From an uncultured Thermotogae bacterium (GTDB taxonomy: Bacteria > Bipolaricaulota > Bipolaricaulia > RBG-16-55-9 > DRXL01), in assembly GCA_964473325.1 (NCBI GenBank), contig CAYYOG010000002.1, forward strand, positions 55,168 through 119,167: 64,000 nt of DNA. Reading direction: 5' to 3'. Position 1 is the first letter of the stretch. Each line of letters starts with the position of its first letter. The notes beneath the pieces were generated by a model that was given only the letters and a program-made list of their open reading frames with translations, was not told the origin of the DNA and ran no database searches. Made by a program: the position numbers and the translations under genes. Positions 28,812 to 38,397 of the stretch are shown one piece after another.

Positions 28812-30206
28812 ATGGCCAATATCGTGGAGATCAGTACTGTAGAGCGTCATCGTGAGTGGGCCCTCTCCCCGCGGGAGATCGTGGCCGAGCTCGACAAATA
28901 TATTGTTGGGCAGCAGGAGGCCAAGCGCGCCGTGGCTATTGCTCTGCGCAATCGCATCCGGCGCATGCGCGTGGCCGACCCAATCCGCAAAGAGATCTTG
29001 CCCAAAAATATCTTGATGATCGGTCCCACAGGGGTGGGCAAGACCGAGATCTCAAGGCGCTTAGCGAGCTTAGTGGGCGCACCGTTTTTGAAAGTCGAGG
29101 CGACTAAATACACAGAAGTCGGATACGTGGGGCGCGATGTCGAATCGATGGTGCGGGACTTAGTCGAAGTGAGCTTTCAGATGGTGCGCCAGGAGGCCGT
29201 AGCGAAGGTCAAGCATGAAGCAGAGCGCGCGGTGGAAGAGCGTCTACTGGACGCGCTTGTGGGCGCGGCGCCTCCAAGCAGCGCTGATGAAGAGCGGCGC
29301 AGTTCCTGGCAGCAGACTCGTGAGAAACTGCGAGAGAAGTTACGTGCAGGGACGCTTGAGGAGCACTATGTTGAGATCCGGGCGAAGCGTGAGTCACCCT
29401 TCTCCCAAGTTGGGTTCTTCACGGCAGAAGGCGTGGAGCAGCTTGGCGTAGATTTGGGCGAACTCTTTGAGAAGCTCAATCCCCTAGGCTTTGGCTATGC
29501 TGTCAAGCGCATGAAGATCAAGGAAGCCCGTGAGCTGCTCTTCAACGAAGAGGCTGATAAGCTCATCAATCTTGACGAGATCAAGCGCCAGGCCGTCCAG
29601 CGCGCTGAAGAGATGGGGATTCTCTTCATAGACGAAATCGACAAGATCGCTGCAGGAGGCCGTGAAGAACGTTATGGCCCTGGGGTGTCGCGCCAGGGGG
29701 TGCAGCGCGATCTGTTGCCTATCCTAGAGGGCTCGACCGTGCGCACGCGCTACGGCAACGTGCGGACTGACAATATTCTGTTTATTGCTGCCGGCGCGTT
29801 CACCATGGCCAAGCCCTCGGATCTCATCCCAGAGCTGCAAGGGCGGCTGCCCATTCGTGTTGAGCTCAAACCCCTCAGCAAAGAAGACTTTCGCAGAATT
29901 CTTAAAGAACCTCAAGACGCGCTCACCAAGCAATATCAAGCCCTGATGGCCACCGAGGGACTGCGTCTAGAGTTTACTGATGACGCCCTCGATACGATTG
30001 CTGAGATCGCGTTTCGGCTCAACGAGCGTCTTGAGAACATCGGGGCACGACGCTTGCACACCGTGATGGAGAAACTCATGGAAGACGTTGCGTTTGAGAC
30101 ATGCGATCTGCCGGAGCCCAAGACGGTCACGATTGACGCGGCGTATGTGCAAGCCAAACTCAAGGGGATTGTCGAGGACTTAGATTTGAGCCGATATATC
30201 TTATAA
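28812..30206 (+). CDS. hslU: ATP-dependent protease ATPase subunit HslU
   Basis: GPTGVGKTEI Walker A; I-domain; ClpY family. Confidence 0.9.
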   Translation: MANIVEISTVERHREWALSPREIVAELDKYIVGQQEAKRAVAIALRNRIRRMRVADPIRKEILPKNILMIGPTGVGKTEISRRLASLVGAPFLKVEATKYTEVGYVGRDVESMVRDLVEVSFQMVRQEAVAKVKHEAERAVEERLLDALVGAAPPSSADEERRSSWQQTREKLREKLRAGTLEEHYVEIRAKRESPFSQVGFFTAEGVEQLGVDLGELFEKLNPLGFGYAVKRMKIKEARELLFNEEADKLINLDEIKRQAVQRAEEMGILFIDEIDKIAAGGREERYGPGVSRQGVQRDLLPILEGSTVRTRYGNVRTDNILFIAAGAFTMAKPSDLIPELQGRLPIRVELKPLSKEDFRRILKEPQDALTKQYQALMATEGLRLEFTDDALDTIAEIAFRLNERLENIGARRLHTVMEKLMEDVAFETCDLPEPKTVTIDAAYVQAKLKGIVEDLDLSRYIL

Positions 30207-30231
30207 AAATCCCTTGCTCAAGGAGGTAAGC

Positions 30232-30840
30232 GTGAGACCCTCTGATGGAGTTGGCGCTGTCTATTTAGGAGCAATCACGGCGTTCATCGTCTTCCAGAAC
30301 GAGCTCTTTATCCGGCTTACGGAGGCATATCCCTATCCCATGGGGTTTGCCAAGATCGCGCTCCTCGCAACGTTTGGGGAGTGTTTGAAACATCGCTTGA
30401 CGACAGGGCGCTGGATCCCCGATAAGATAGCAGTGCGGTTTCTCGTTTGGGGAATCTTTGGGCTGTGGTTCACGGCGGCGTTTCCATTCGTTGCCGGTGG
30501 GGTTCAAGCGATCTCGGCAAGTCACTTATGGGTTCCAGCCAATCCATTCTGGATGAGCTTCTGGATCAATCTCATTGGAGGCTATGCGTTCTTCATGATG
30601 TTCACGCACTATTGGATCGACACAATGATTGCCGGGGGATTCTGCTGGCCATGGGAAGTCTTAGGCAAACCAGAGACGCGCCGCTGGGCTAAGATCGTCT
30701 TTATCTCTCTCATTCTGTTTTGGATCCCTGCGCATACGATAACGTTCTCGTTGCCGCCAGCGTTGCGCGTCACCAGTGCAGCGTATCTCTCTATCGCCCT
30801 TGGGGTTATTCTCTCGTTTGCGGCTCGGCGGGGGCGTTAA
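30232..30840 (+). CDS. Polytopic membrane protein of unknown function
   Basis: The GTG start is preceded by AAGGAGG; 5-6 predicted TM helices. Confidence 0.4.
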   Translation: MRPSDGVGAVYLGAITAFIVFQNELFIRLTEAYPYPMGFAKIALLATFGECLKHRLTTGRWIPDKIAVRFLVWGIFGLWFTAAFPFVAGGVQAISASHLWVPANPFWMSFWINLIGGYAFFMMFTHYWIDTMIAGGFCWPWEVLGKPETRRWAKIVFISLILFWIPAHTITFSLPPALRVTSAAYLSIALGVILSFAARRGR

Positions 30841-31378
30841 ATCGATTCATCACCGTCTCGATATCTGTCTGCACAAAGCACTCTATCGCGTCCGCAGCGC
30901 GGGCGAGAATCTCTGGGAGTTTTGCTTGCTCTGCAGCAGTAAACTGGCCTAACACATACTCTGTTAAATCAGATAGGGGCTGCTCCGTCCCGATTCCAAT
31001 GCGCAGCCGAGGAATCTCTTCAGTCTGCAACTCGGCAATGATTGACTCCATCCCGTGATGTCCCCCGGCTCCCCCGCGCTTGCGCGCCCGCAACTTCCCA
31101 AACAGAATCGTGTAATCATCATAGACGATCAGACACTCCTGCGGGGTCACAGGGTATTTTTCGCAGATCTCTTTCACGGCGATCCCGCTGACGTTCATAA
31201 AGGTCAACGGCTCGACAATGAGAGCGAGATTGCCCAAACGGTAGACGATCGAGAAGTCGTGCTCAATTCTTGACCAGGCGAAGCCTGCAAGGAATGAGCG
31301 CACGGCCATCCGACCAACATTGTGGCGCGTGCGCTCGTACTCTTTCCCTGGATTGCCTAAGCCGACGACGGCCTTCAC
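30806..31378 (-). CDS. pth: Peptidyl-tRNA hydrolase
   Basis: VGLGNPG...TRHNVG motifs. Confidence 0.85.
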   Translation of the reverse strand: MKAVVGLGNPGKEYERTRHNVGRMAVRSFLAGFAWSRIEHDFSIVYRLGNLALIVEPLTFMNVSGIAVKEICEKYPVTPQECLIVYDDYTILFGKLRARKRGGAGGHHGMESIIAELQTEEIPRLRIGIGTEQPLSDLTEYVLGQFTAAEQAKLPEILARAADAIECFVQTDIETVMNRFNAPAEPQTRE

Positions 31379-31383
31379 AGTGA

Positions 31384-32052
31384 TTATTTCTTCTCAGGCT
31401 TCTTCTCTTCAGCCTCGGCTGGGGCAGGCGCTTGCTCAGCAGGCGCTGCAGGAGCCGCACCCTCCGTCGGCACTGCGCCTTCCACACCAGGCACAGCTGC
31501 GACTGTAACCTCCTCTTTACGCGGCGCCACGATCGCCACGATCGTCGCTTCTCCTGGTGTCAGGACTTGAACGCCCTCGAGCGTGAGCTCGTTGACGTGC
31601 ACGGCTTGGCCAATGCCCAAATGAGTCACGTCGATCTCAATAACTTCGGGGATAGCATTCATTGGCCCTCGGACCTTGACGACATCGCGCAGGAGCTGGA
31701 GCACCCCACCTTCCTTGCGCCCCTTCGCTTCTCCGCGTAGTCGCACCGGGACTTCTATCGTGACCGGCTGGTCCGGTGCAGGATGATAGAGATCAATGTG
31801 AATGACACGATCCGTCAGTAGATCACGCTGTATCTCTTTAATGAATGCAGGGAGCTTTTTGCCGTCTAACTCTACGGTGATGCGAGAGCTTCGGGTGATG
31901 CGGGCGAGTAGCGCCTCGAGCTCTCTAGCACTCACCATGATGTGCTGATGGACCTCGTGCCCATAGAGCACGCCAGGGATAAACCCTGTGCGCCTGAGTG
32001 CCCGGGGATTAGGCTTAGGCCCACGGGGCATTGCTTTAATTGTGTACTCCAT
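31384..32052 (-). CDS. rplY: 50S ribosomal protein L25 / general stress protein Ctc
   Basis: L25/Ctc family with a Lys/Glu/Ala-rich tail. Confidence 0.8.
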   Translation of the reverse strand: MEYTIKAMPRGPKPNPRALRRTGFIPGVLYGHEVHQHIMVSARELEALLARITRSSRITVELDGKKLPAFIKEIQRDLLTDRVIHIDLYHPAPDQPVTIEVPVRLRGEAKGRKEGGVLQLLRDVVKVRGPMNAIPEVIEIDVTHLGIGQAVHVNELTLEGVQVLTPGEATIVAIVAPRKEEVTVAAVPGVEGAVPTEGAAPAAPAEQAPAPAEAEEKKPEKK

Positions 32053-32076
32053 AAGAATCTCCTCCGTTCTAAGCTT

Positions 32077-33036
32077 CTAGTAGTGCGGAAACATTTCGCT
32101 GACGGACTCTTGCGCGTGAATGCGCTTGATCGTCTCAGCGAGTAAGACCCCAACCGAGATTATAGCGATCTTAGGGCTGTGGGGCGGCGGAATCGTATTT
32201 GTAACGACGATCTTCTTCACCGGCGATGCTTCTAGTTTTTTGACGGCATCGCCAGCGAAGACCCCGTGGGTAAAAGCTGCCAAGACCTCGCGCGCACCGA
32301 ATTCTAATAACAGATTGGTCGCTTCAATAACTGTGCCGCCGGTCGCCAAGATGTCGTCTATTAAGATAGCGCGCGTGCCCTTCACATTCCCGATGATGTT
32401 GAGCGCGCGCACTTCCGTCGGGCTGATCCGGCTCTTTTCGACTATCGCTAAGGGGAGCTCGAGGCGCTCTGCCACGGCACGGGCGCGCTTGGCTGCTCCT
32501 ACATCGGGCGCGACGATCACGGTGTCCTCCAGGTCTTGGTGCTGAAAGTAATCGGCGAGAATGGGATCTCCCCGAAGATTATCGACGGGGATATCAAAAA
32601 AGCCCTGGATCTGCCCGGCAGGCAGATCGAGCGTCAGGACTCTATCGGCTCCCGCCGTGACGATCATATTCGCGACGAGCTTAGCGCTGATAGGGACCCG
32701 CCCAATATGTTTTCTGTCTTGGCGGGCGTAGCCATAGTATGGGATGACAGCCGTGATACGCTCTGCCGAAGCACGCTTGAGCGCATCGATAATGAGTAAC
32801 AGCTCCATGAGATTTTCGTTGACCGGAGGGCACGTCGGCTGGATGACGCAGACATCAGCTCCGCGTACCGTCTCTTTGATGTGCACGCTGATCTCGCCGT
32901 CGGGGAAGCGCTCGATCTCGGCTTCCGTTAGCGGAATCCCTAGGTGATCGCTGATCTCTCGCGCGAGCGCAGGGTTGGCGTTGCCTGCGATCAGCTTCAA
33001 TGCGTCTTGCACACTTGTACCCTCCAGAAACAACAA
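32077..33036 (-). CDS. prs: Ribose-phosphate pyrophosphokinase
   Basis: PRPP synthetase motifs DLHA..QIQGFF; PRPP-binding loop. Confidence 0.9.
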   Translation of the reverse strand: MLFLEGTSVQDALKLIAGNANPALAREISDHLGIPLTEAEIERFPDGEISVHIKETVRGADVCVIQPTCPPVNENLMELLLIIDALKRASAERITAVIPYYGYARQDRKHIGRVPISAKLVANMIVTAGADRVLTLDLPAGQIQGFFDIPVDNLRGDPILADYFQHQDLEDTVIVAPDVGAAKRARAVAERLELPLAIVEKSRISPTEVRALNIIGNVKGTRAILIDDILATGGTVIEATNLLLEFGAREVLAAFTHGVFAGDAVKKLEASPVKKIVVTNTIPPPHSPKIAIISVGVLLAETIKRIHAQESVSEMFPHY

Positions 33037-33074
33037 CTTGCTGAAGAAGCTTGGGATAGACTACTATAGCAAAT

Positions 33075-33485
33075 TCACAGTGAGCCTGCAATCAGGCGAT
33101 GGATTTCGTCCAGCGGGCGGGTATTAGGCTTATAGATAATAGAGTGCAAGGAGCCGCCGCCGTCGCCGGGGAAGCGCGGAATGATATGAAAATGCAAATG
33201 GGGGACAGCTTGGCCGGCCGCGCGTCCGTCGTTGAACCCGATATTGAACGCCGGGGCGCCAAGGGCTTTGGCAAGCTGTGCCGTGACTTTTTGTACGGTC
33301 TGGAAGAGCTTGCCGGCAAGCTCCGGGGGCAAGTCAGAGAGCCGTTCCGCGTGCAGCTTGGGGATGACGAGCGTATGACCGTCGGTCATGGGATAAAGAT
33401 CGAGAAACGCTAGAGTCTCAGAGTCTTCGTAGACGTTGTGGGCGGGGAGTTCTCCGCGCACGATCCGGCAAAAGACGCAGTTCAT
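33075..33485 (-). CDS. HIT-family (histidine triad) nucleotide hydrolase
   Basis: HLHFHIIPR motif; start chosen at the internal Met 4 nt after the tyrS stop. Confidence 0.75.
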   Translation of the reverse strand: MNCVFCRIVRGELPAHNVYEDSETLAFLDLYPMTDGHTLVIPKLHAERLSDLPPELAGKLFQTVQKVTAQLAKALGAPAFNIGFNDGRAAGQAVPHLHFHIIPRFPGDGGGSLHSIIYKPNTRPLDEIHRLIAGSL

Positions 33486-33489
33486 ACCC

Positions 33490-34692
33490 TTACTCCTTGA
33501 AAGAGATCTCCGCGAACGTGTGTTTGCCCACGCGCAGCAGTGTCCCATCTCTCACGAACACGTGCTGAGCAAACTGTGTGATCTTGGACCCGTCCACCTC
33601 GACGGCCCCTTGCTCGATGAGGCGCTTGGCTTCAGAACGGCTCTTGGCCACCAGCGAGACCAAATCAACGATCCAGACGGTGCCATCGGGCTTGAGAAGC
33701 TTCTTCTCAAGATAGAGCTTGGGCACGTCTGTTGGGCGTTCCTTGCGCGCGAAGACGCGCTCAAATTCTTCGAGAGCTCTATCAGCAGCTTCCCTGGAGT
33801 GATAGCGGGCTACGACCGCGTAGGCCATCTTGTGCTTTTGCTCTTTGGGATGGAGCTTTTTCAGCTCTTCCCAATCTAAGTCCGTGAGCAGCTTCACGTA
33901 CTTCTCTAAGAGCGCATCAGGGATAGACATCAATTTGCCGAACATCTCATTGGGCGGCTCGGTGATCCCAACGTAATTGCCATAGCTTTTGCTCATCTTC
34001 TTGACGCCGTCTAAGCCCTCTAACAAGGGCATGATGAAGCAGACCTGGGGCTCTTGACCATAGCGTTCTTGGAGTGCTCGCCCGACTAAGAGATTGAATC
34101 GTTGATCTGTTCCCCCCAGCTCGACATCAGCTTGGATGGCGACAGAATCATAGCCTTGGGCTAAGGGATAGAGAAACTCGACGATGCTGATGGGGTTGCC
34201 TTCACGGAGGCGCTTGGCGAAATCGTCGCGCTCCAACATTGCCGCGACGGTGTATTTCGACGCTAATTCCAAGAGCTTGGCGAAGTCCATCTTTTCGAGC
34301 CATTCGGAGTTGTAGCGAAACTCCGTGCGCTCTGGGTCCAGAATCTTGAGGGCTTGCTCTTTGTAGGCTCTCATATTGGCTTCGACTTCGTCTTTGGAGA
34401 GCATCTTACGTTGACTAGCGCGCTCAGAGGGGTCGCCGATTCTTGCCGTAAAGTCTCCGACGATTAAGACGGCGGTGTGGCCCAGATCTTGAAAGTCGCG
34501 CAGCTTCTGTAAGACAATCCCGATCCCGATGTGGATATCGGGGCTGGTGGGATCAACGCCCAGCTTGACTCTGAGAGGCTTGCCGGTACGCGCGGAGCGC
34601 TCTAATTTTTTAACGAGATCGCTCTCCGGGATGATATCCGCGGCGCGGCGCTTGAGAAACTGAAGCTGTTCTGCGATAGTCAAACGCTTCAT
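33490..34692 (-). CDS. tyrS: Tyrosyl-tRNA synthetase
   Basis: HIGH-like HIGI and KMSKS motifs; C-terminal S4 domain. Confidence 0.9.
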   Translation of the reverse strand: MKRLTIAEQLQFLKRRAADIIPESDLVKKLERSARTGKPLRVKLGVDPTSPDIHIGIGIVLQKLRDFQDLGHTAVLIVGDFTARIGDPSERASQRKMLSKDEVEANMRAYKEQALKILDPERTEFRYNSEWLEKMDFAKLLELASKYTVAAMLERDDFAKRLREGNPISIVEFLYPLAQGYDSVAIQADVELGGTDQRFNLLVGRALQERYGQEPQVCFIMPLLEGLDGVKKMSKSYGNYVGITEPPNEMFGKLMSIPDALLEKYVKLLTDLDWEELKKLHPKEQKHKMAYAVVARYHSREAADRALEEFERVFARKERPTDVPKLYLEKKLLKPDGTVWIVDLVSLVAKSRSEAKRLIEQGAVEVDGSKITQFAQHVFVRDGTLLRVGKHTFAEISFKE

Positions 34693-34781
34693 AGACGGGG
34701 TGAGTTTAGCGCAGGGTGCGAAAAGATGCAACCAAGCAGTAGGGATGGATCACCACGGCTTTCTACGCTATAATCTCTCCC

Positions 34782-35690
34782 GTGCGCAAAAGCCCAGAAC
34801 GCCTCGCTGAACTGCTCTTAGTGCTGGTCGTCTTCATTTGGGGGACAAATTTCATCGTGATGAAAGCGGCCTTCCGTGAGTTTCCCCCGTTGGCGTTTAA
34901 CGCGGTGCGCATGACCGTAGCAACTTTAGTCCTTGGGATGATCTGGCTCTCCCGCGAGCGCTCGAACAGGATGCCCATGCGTGATTGGCTTCAGCTCTTG
35001 GGCGTGGGGGTGCTGGGGAACGCGCTCTATCAAATTCTTTTTGCTGTCGGGTTGGACTTGACAACGTCGGCAATCTCATCGCTGTTGATTGGAACAATCC
35101 CCGTCTGGACAGCACTATTAGCGATGGCTTTAGGCTGGGAGAAGATCTCCAAAAAGACTTGGTTAGGAATTTTGATCGCTTTTACGGGTGTAATACTCGT
35201 TACACTCGGTAGCCCGTTAGTGAGAGGCAATACCTCGGTAGTCAAAGACCCCATAGTAGGCAATATAATCACGCTGGGTGCAGCGATCTGTTGGGCGAGT
35301 TATACTGTGCTTTCCAAAAGATTATTAGAGCGATACTCAGCGCTGCATGTCTCTGCCGTTGGGCTTCTGGTGGGAGTCCCATGGCTGTGGCCCTTCGCTA
35401 TAGCTGACTTGATCTCGTTAGACTGGCGTGCTCTCCCGCCCTCTGTATACGGGAGCATTCTCTATACCAGCTGTCTCTCTATAGCTTTAGCGTATCTCAT
35501 ATGGTCTTACAGTATTCAACAGCTTGGGGCAGCGCGTACTGCGATCTTTAATAATATCGTCCCTGTCGTCACGTTCGCGCTGGCTTTTCTCGTGTTGCGC
35601 GAACCCGTCACGTGGCTTCAAGTATTGGGGGGAGCAATCGTCTTGGCTGGTGTCTGGCAAACAGTTCAGCAAAACAGAAGGGCCAGCTAG
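34782..35690 (+). CDS. EamA/DMT-family transporter
   Basis: Ten TM helices; duplicated EamA pattern. Confidence 0.7.
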   Translation: MRKSPERLAELLLVLVVFIWGTNFIVMKAAFREFPPLAFNAVRMTVATLVLGMIWLSRERSNRMPMRDWLQLLGVGVLGNALYQILFAVGLDLTTSAISSLLIGTIPVWTALLAMALGWEKISKKTWLGILIAFTGVILVTLGSPLVRGNTSVVKDPIVGNIITLGAAICWASYTVLSKRLLERYSALHVSAVGLLVGVPWLWPFAIADLISLDWRALPPSVYGSILYTSCLSIALAYLIWSYSIQQLGAARTAIFNNIVPVVTFALAFLVLREPVTWLQVLGGAIVLAGVWQTVQQNRRAS

Positions 35691-35726
35691 AGCGCTGACC
35701 CTTCTGTGCTGTATCTGTAAGGAGCT

Positions 35727-37004
35727 TTACGGGAACAGCCCGCGAGCGCGCGCGGCCTCGGCAACACGAGACACGGCCGTCATGAACGCCGCCGTGCGCA
35801 TGTCGACCTTCTGCTTGAGGTGCATGTCGAGGACGCGCTTGAACGCCTCCGTAATAAAGAGCTTGAGGCGCTCATCGACTTCCTGAGCGCTCCAGAAGTA
35901 GCGGTAGAGATCTTGCACCCATTCGAAGTAGCTGACCGTCACGCCTCCGGCGCTGGCCAAGATGTCAGGGATGACGAAGATCCCGCGCTCGTGCAAGATG
36001 GCATCGGCCTCTTGGGTCGTGGGGCCGTTGGCCAGCTCGCAAATGATCTTCGCTTTGACTTTCGGAGCGTTGCGCTCATGGAGCTGGTCTTCCAACGCCG
36101 ACGGCGCTAAGATATCGCACTGCAGTTCCAACAACTCTTCGTTAGTGATCTTGTCCGTGCCCTTGAAGCCCACGACAGTACCCGTCTCTTTCTTAAAGTC
36201 CAACACGGCTTTGTAGTCCAAGCCCTTGCTGTTGTAGATGCCGCCCTTGGAGTCACTGATCGCGATGATCTTCGCGCCGGACTCCTGGACGAACTGGGCG
36301 TAGTACGAGCCGGCGTTGCCAAAGCCCTGGATGGCAACTGTCGCGCCTTTGAGCTCCATCTTGAGATGCTTGAGCGCTTCGAGGGAGCAGAAGAAGCCAC
36401 CGCGAGCCGTAGCAGTCTCGCGTCCCAGAGAGCCTCCCACGAGGATAGGTTTGCCCGTTACCACCCCTGGGATGAATTCCCCATCATGAAGCATGCTGAA
36501 CGTGTCAGCGATCCAGGCCATCTCGCGGGAGCTGGTGTAGACGTCGGGCGCGGGGATATCCAATTCTGGGCCGATGATCGGCGCGATCTCCGCGGTATAG
36601 CGCCGTGTCAGTCGCTCCAGCTCCCCAACGGACATCTCCTTGGGGTTGCACTTGATGCCCCCCTTAGCGCCGCTGAAGGGCAGTCCCGCCACAGCGCACT
36701 TCCAGTTCATGAGCACGGCGAGGGCCTCGACCTCTTCGAGATTCGTATCGGGGTGATAGCGAATCCCGCCCTTGCCCGGCCCGAGCACCGGATGACACTG
36801 GACGCGATAGCCCTCGAAGGTGACAACGCGGCCGTTGTCCAGGCGCACAGGGAAATTGACGATCAGCTTGCGCTTGGGATACCGCAAGAACTCTATCAAA
36901 CTGTCCTCCAGCTTGAGCTTCTTGGCGGCCACGTCGAAGAAGTACCGCGCGGTCTCGAGCATCTTCAGCTCGCCTTTTCGTTTGGCCTCTGCTGTTGTTG
37001 CCAT
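35727..37004 (-). CDS. gdhA: Glutamate dehydrogenase
   Basis: GGGK...GFGNAG motifs of Glu/Leu/Phe/Val dehydrogenases. Confidence 0.9.
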   Translation of the reverse strand: MATTAEAKRKGELKMLETARYFFDVAAKKLKLEDSLIEFLRYPKRKLIVNFPVRLDNGRVVTFEGYRVQCHPVLGPGKGGIRYHPDTNLEEVEALAVLMNWKCAVAGLPFSGAKGGIKCNPKEMSVGELERLTRRYTAEIAPIIGPELDIPAPDVYTSSREMAWIADTFSMLHDGEFIPGVVTGKPILVGGSLGRETATARGGFFCSLEALKHLKMELKGATVAIQGFGNAGSYYAQFVQESGAKIIAISDSKGGIYNSKGLDYKAVLDFKKETGTVVGFKGTDKITNEELLELQCDILAPSALEDQLHERNAPKVKAKIICELANGPTTQEADAILHERGIFVIPDILASAGGVTVSYFEWVQDLYRYFWSAQEVDERLKLFITEAFKRVLDMHLKQKVDMRTAAFMTAVSRVAEAARARGLFP

Positions 37005-37007
37005 AGA

Positions 37008-37568
37008 TCAGACCTCCTTTGTCTGTCTGGTGATAGTGTTCTGGGCCAATTGACGACCAACTGCTAAGGCACGCAGGTTCTGCTCACGGAACTTTGCAGG
37101 CGTGCGCTGCGTTACAGCCTTCTCAAGATTCTCCCATGAGACCAAGTTTGTCAAGGCATTGAGTGCCCCTAATGCGACGATGTTCGTGACCAACTTGTTG
37201 CCCACGTGCTCCACAGCTGCGCGCAGCAGCGGCAGCTTTATAAGATTATCTTTCGTCTGAGTCTTCTCGTGCACTTGGGTCGAATCTATCACAACCAAGG
37301 TATGTTCGTCTACTGCAGGGAAATATTTGTCGAAAGCGTCCTGAGAGAGACAGAGCAGAATATCAGGCCGTGTTACTTGGGGGTAAGCGATCTTCTCCGT
37401 CGAGATGATGACTTCGGCTTTGCTAGCTCCCAAGCGAGCTTCTGGGCCGTAGCTCTGAGCGACAGCGACGTTCTTACCGTCGCGCATCGCTGCTTCAGCT
37501 AAGATAATCCCTGCTAAGACGAGCCCCTGGCCCCCAGCCCCACTGAGCTGGATTTGCTTAGCGGCCAT
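37008..37568 (-). CDS. 2-oxoacid:ferredoxin oxidoreductase gamma subunit (putatively 2-oxoglutarate-specific)
   Basis: POR/KOR gamma family; sits directly upstream of gdh. Confidence 0.7.
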   Translation of the reverse strand: MAAKQIQLSGAGGQGLVLAGIILAEAAMRDGKNVAVAQSYGPEARLGASKAEVIISTEKIAYPQVTRPDILLCLSQDAFDKYFPAVDEHTLVVIDSTQVHEKTQTKDNLIKLPLLRAAVEHVGNKLVTNIVALGALNALTNLVSWENLEKAVTQRTPAKFREQNLRALAVGRQLAQNTITRQTKEV

Positions 37569-38397
37569 CCATCTTCACCTGCTGGCTCTGCATCTGCGCT
37601 ATCAGCTCATAATAGCTCTCCACAAACTCCGGACGCTCCTGATAGTGCAATTCCCCGATCACTATTTTACCAGCGCGCTCTTCTTCAGTCAGCTGCTCCC
37701 ATTCCTCGATGGGGACAGTAAGCTCTTTGAGCCGATGCAACATTTCGTAAGGGTCGCGCATATCGTTTAAGCGCCCGTAGTACGTTGGACAATGCGTGAG
37801 CACTTCGATGACTGCAAACCCCCTATGGGTGATGCCGCGCTTGATAAATTTTACCATATCGGGGAAATCGAAGCTCGTGGTGCGAGCGACATACGTTGCT
37901 CCGGCGGCTATCGCTAAGCGCGCAATATCAAAGGGGTGTTCTAAATTCCCATACGGGCTGGTCGTGCTCTTCTTGTGCGCAGGGGTCGTTGGCGCGACTT
38001 GCCCGCCCGTCTGCCCGTAGATACAATTATTATAGATAATTGCTGTGAGATCTAAGTTGCGGCGGCACGCGTGAATGAAGTGATTGCCTCCGATCCCCAC
38101 GGCATCGCCGTCACCTAATGTGAGTACAATGGTCAGCTGAGGGCGCACGAGCTTCAGCCCCGTAGCAAAGACGATCGCCCGGCCGTGAGTCGTGTGCATC
38201 GTGTCCATATCGAAAAGAAACGCGGCGCGTCCGGAGCAGCCAATCCCTCCAATCACAGCAGTCTGATCGGGATCTAGTTCCAACTCCGCCATCGCGCTCG
38301 CTAACGCGTGAGTGATCATGCCGTGCCCGCAGCCGGGACACCACACATGAGGGAGTCTCTCGACGCGCAGATATTCTTTAAGGAGATCGTACGCCAT
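37558..38397 (-). CDS. 2-oxoacid:ferredoxin oxidoreductase beta subunit (TPP-binding)
   Basis: CPGCGH N-terminal motif; TPP GDG motif. Confidence 0.8.
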   Translation of the reverse strand: MAYDLLKEYLRVERLPHVWCPGCGHGMITHALASAMAELELDPDQTAVIGGIGCSGRAAFLFDMDTMHTTHGRAIVFATGLKLVRPQLTIVLTLGDGDAVGIGGNHFIHACRRNLDLTAIIYNNCIYGQTGGQVAPTTPAHKKSTTSPYGNLEHPFDIARLAIAAGATYVARTTSFDFPDMVKFIKRGITHRGFAVIEVLTHCPTYYGRLNDMRDPYEMLHRLKELTVPIEEWEQLTEEERAGKIVIGELHYQERPEFVESYYELIAQMQSQQVKMDGR

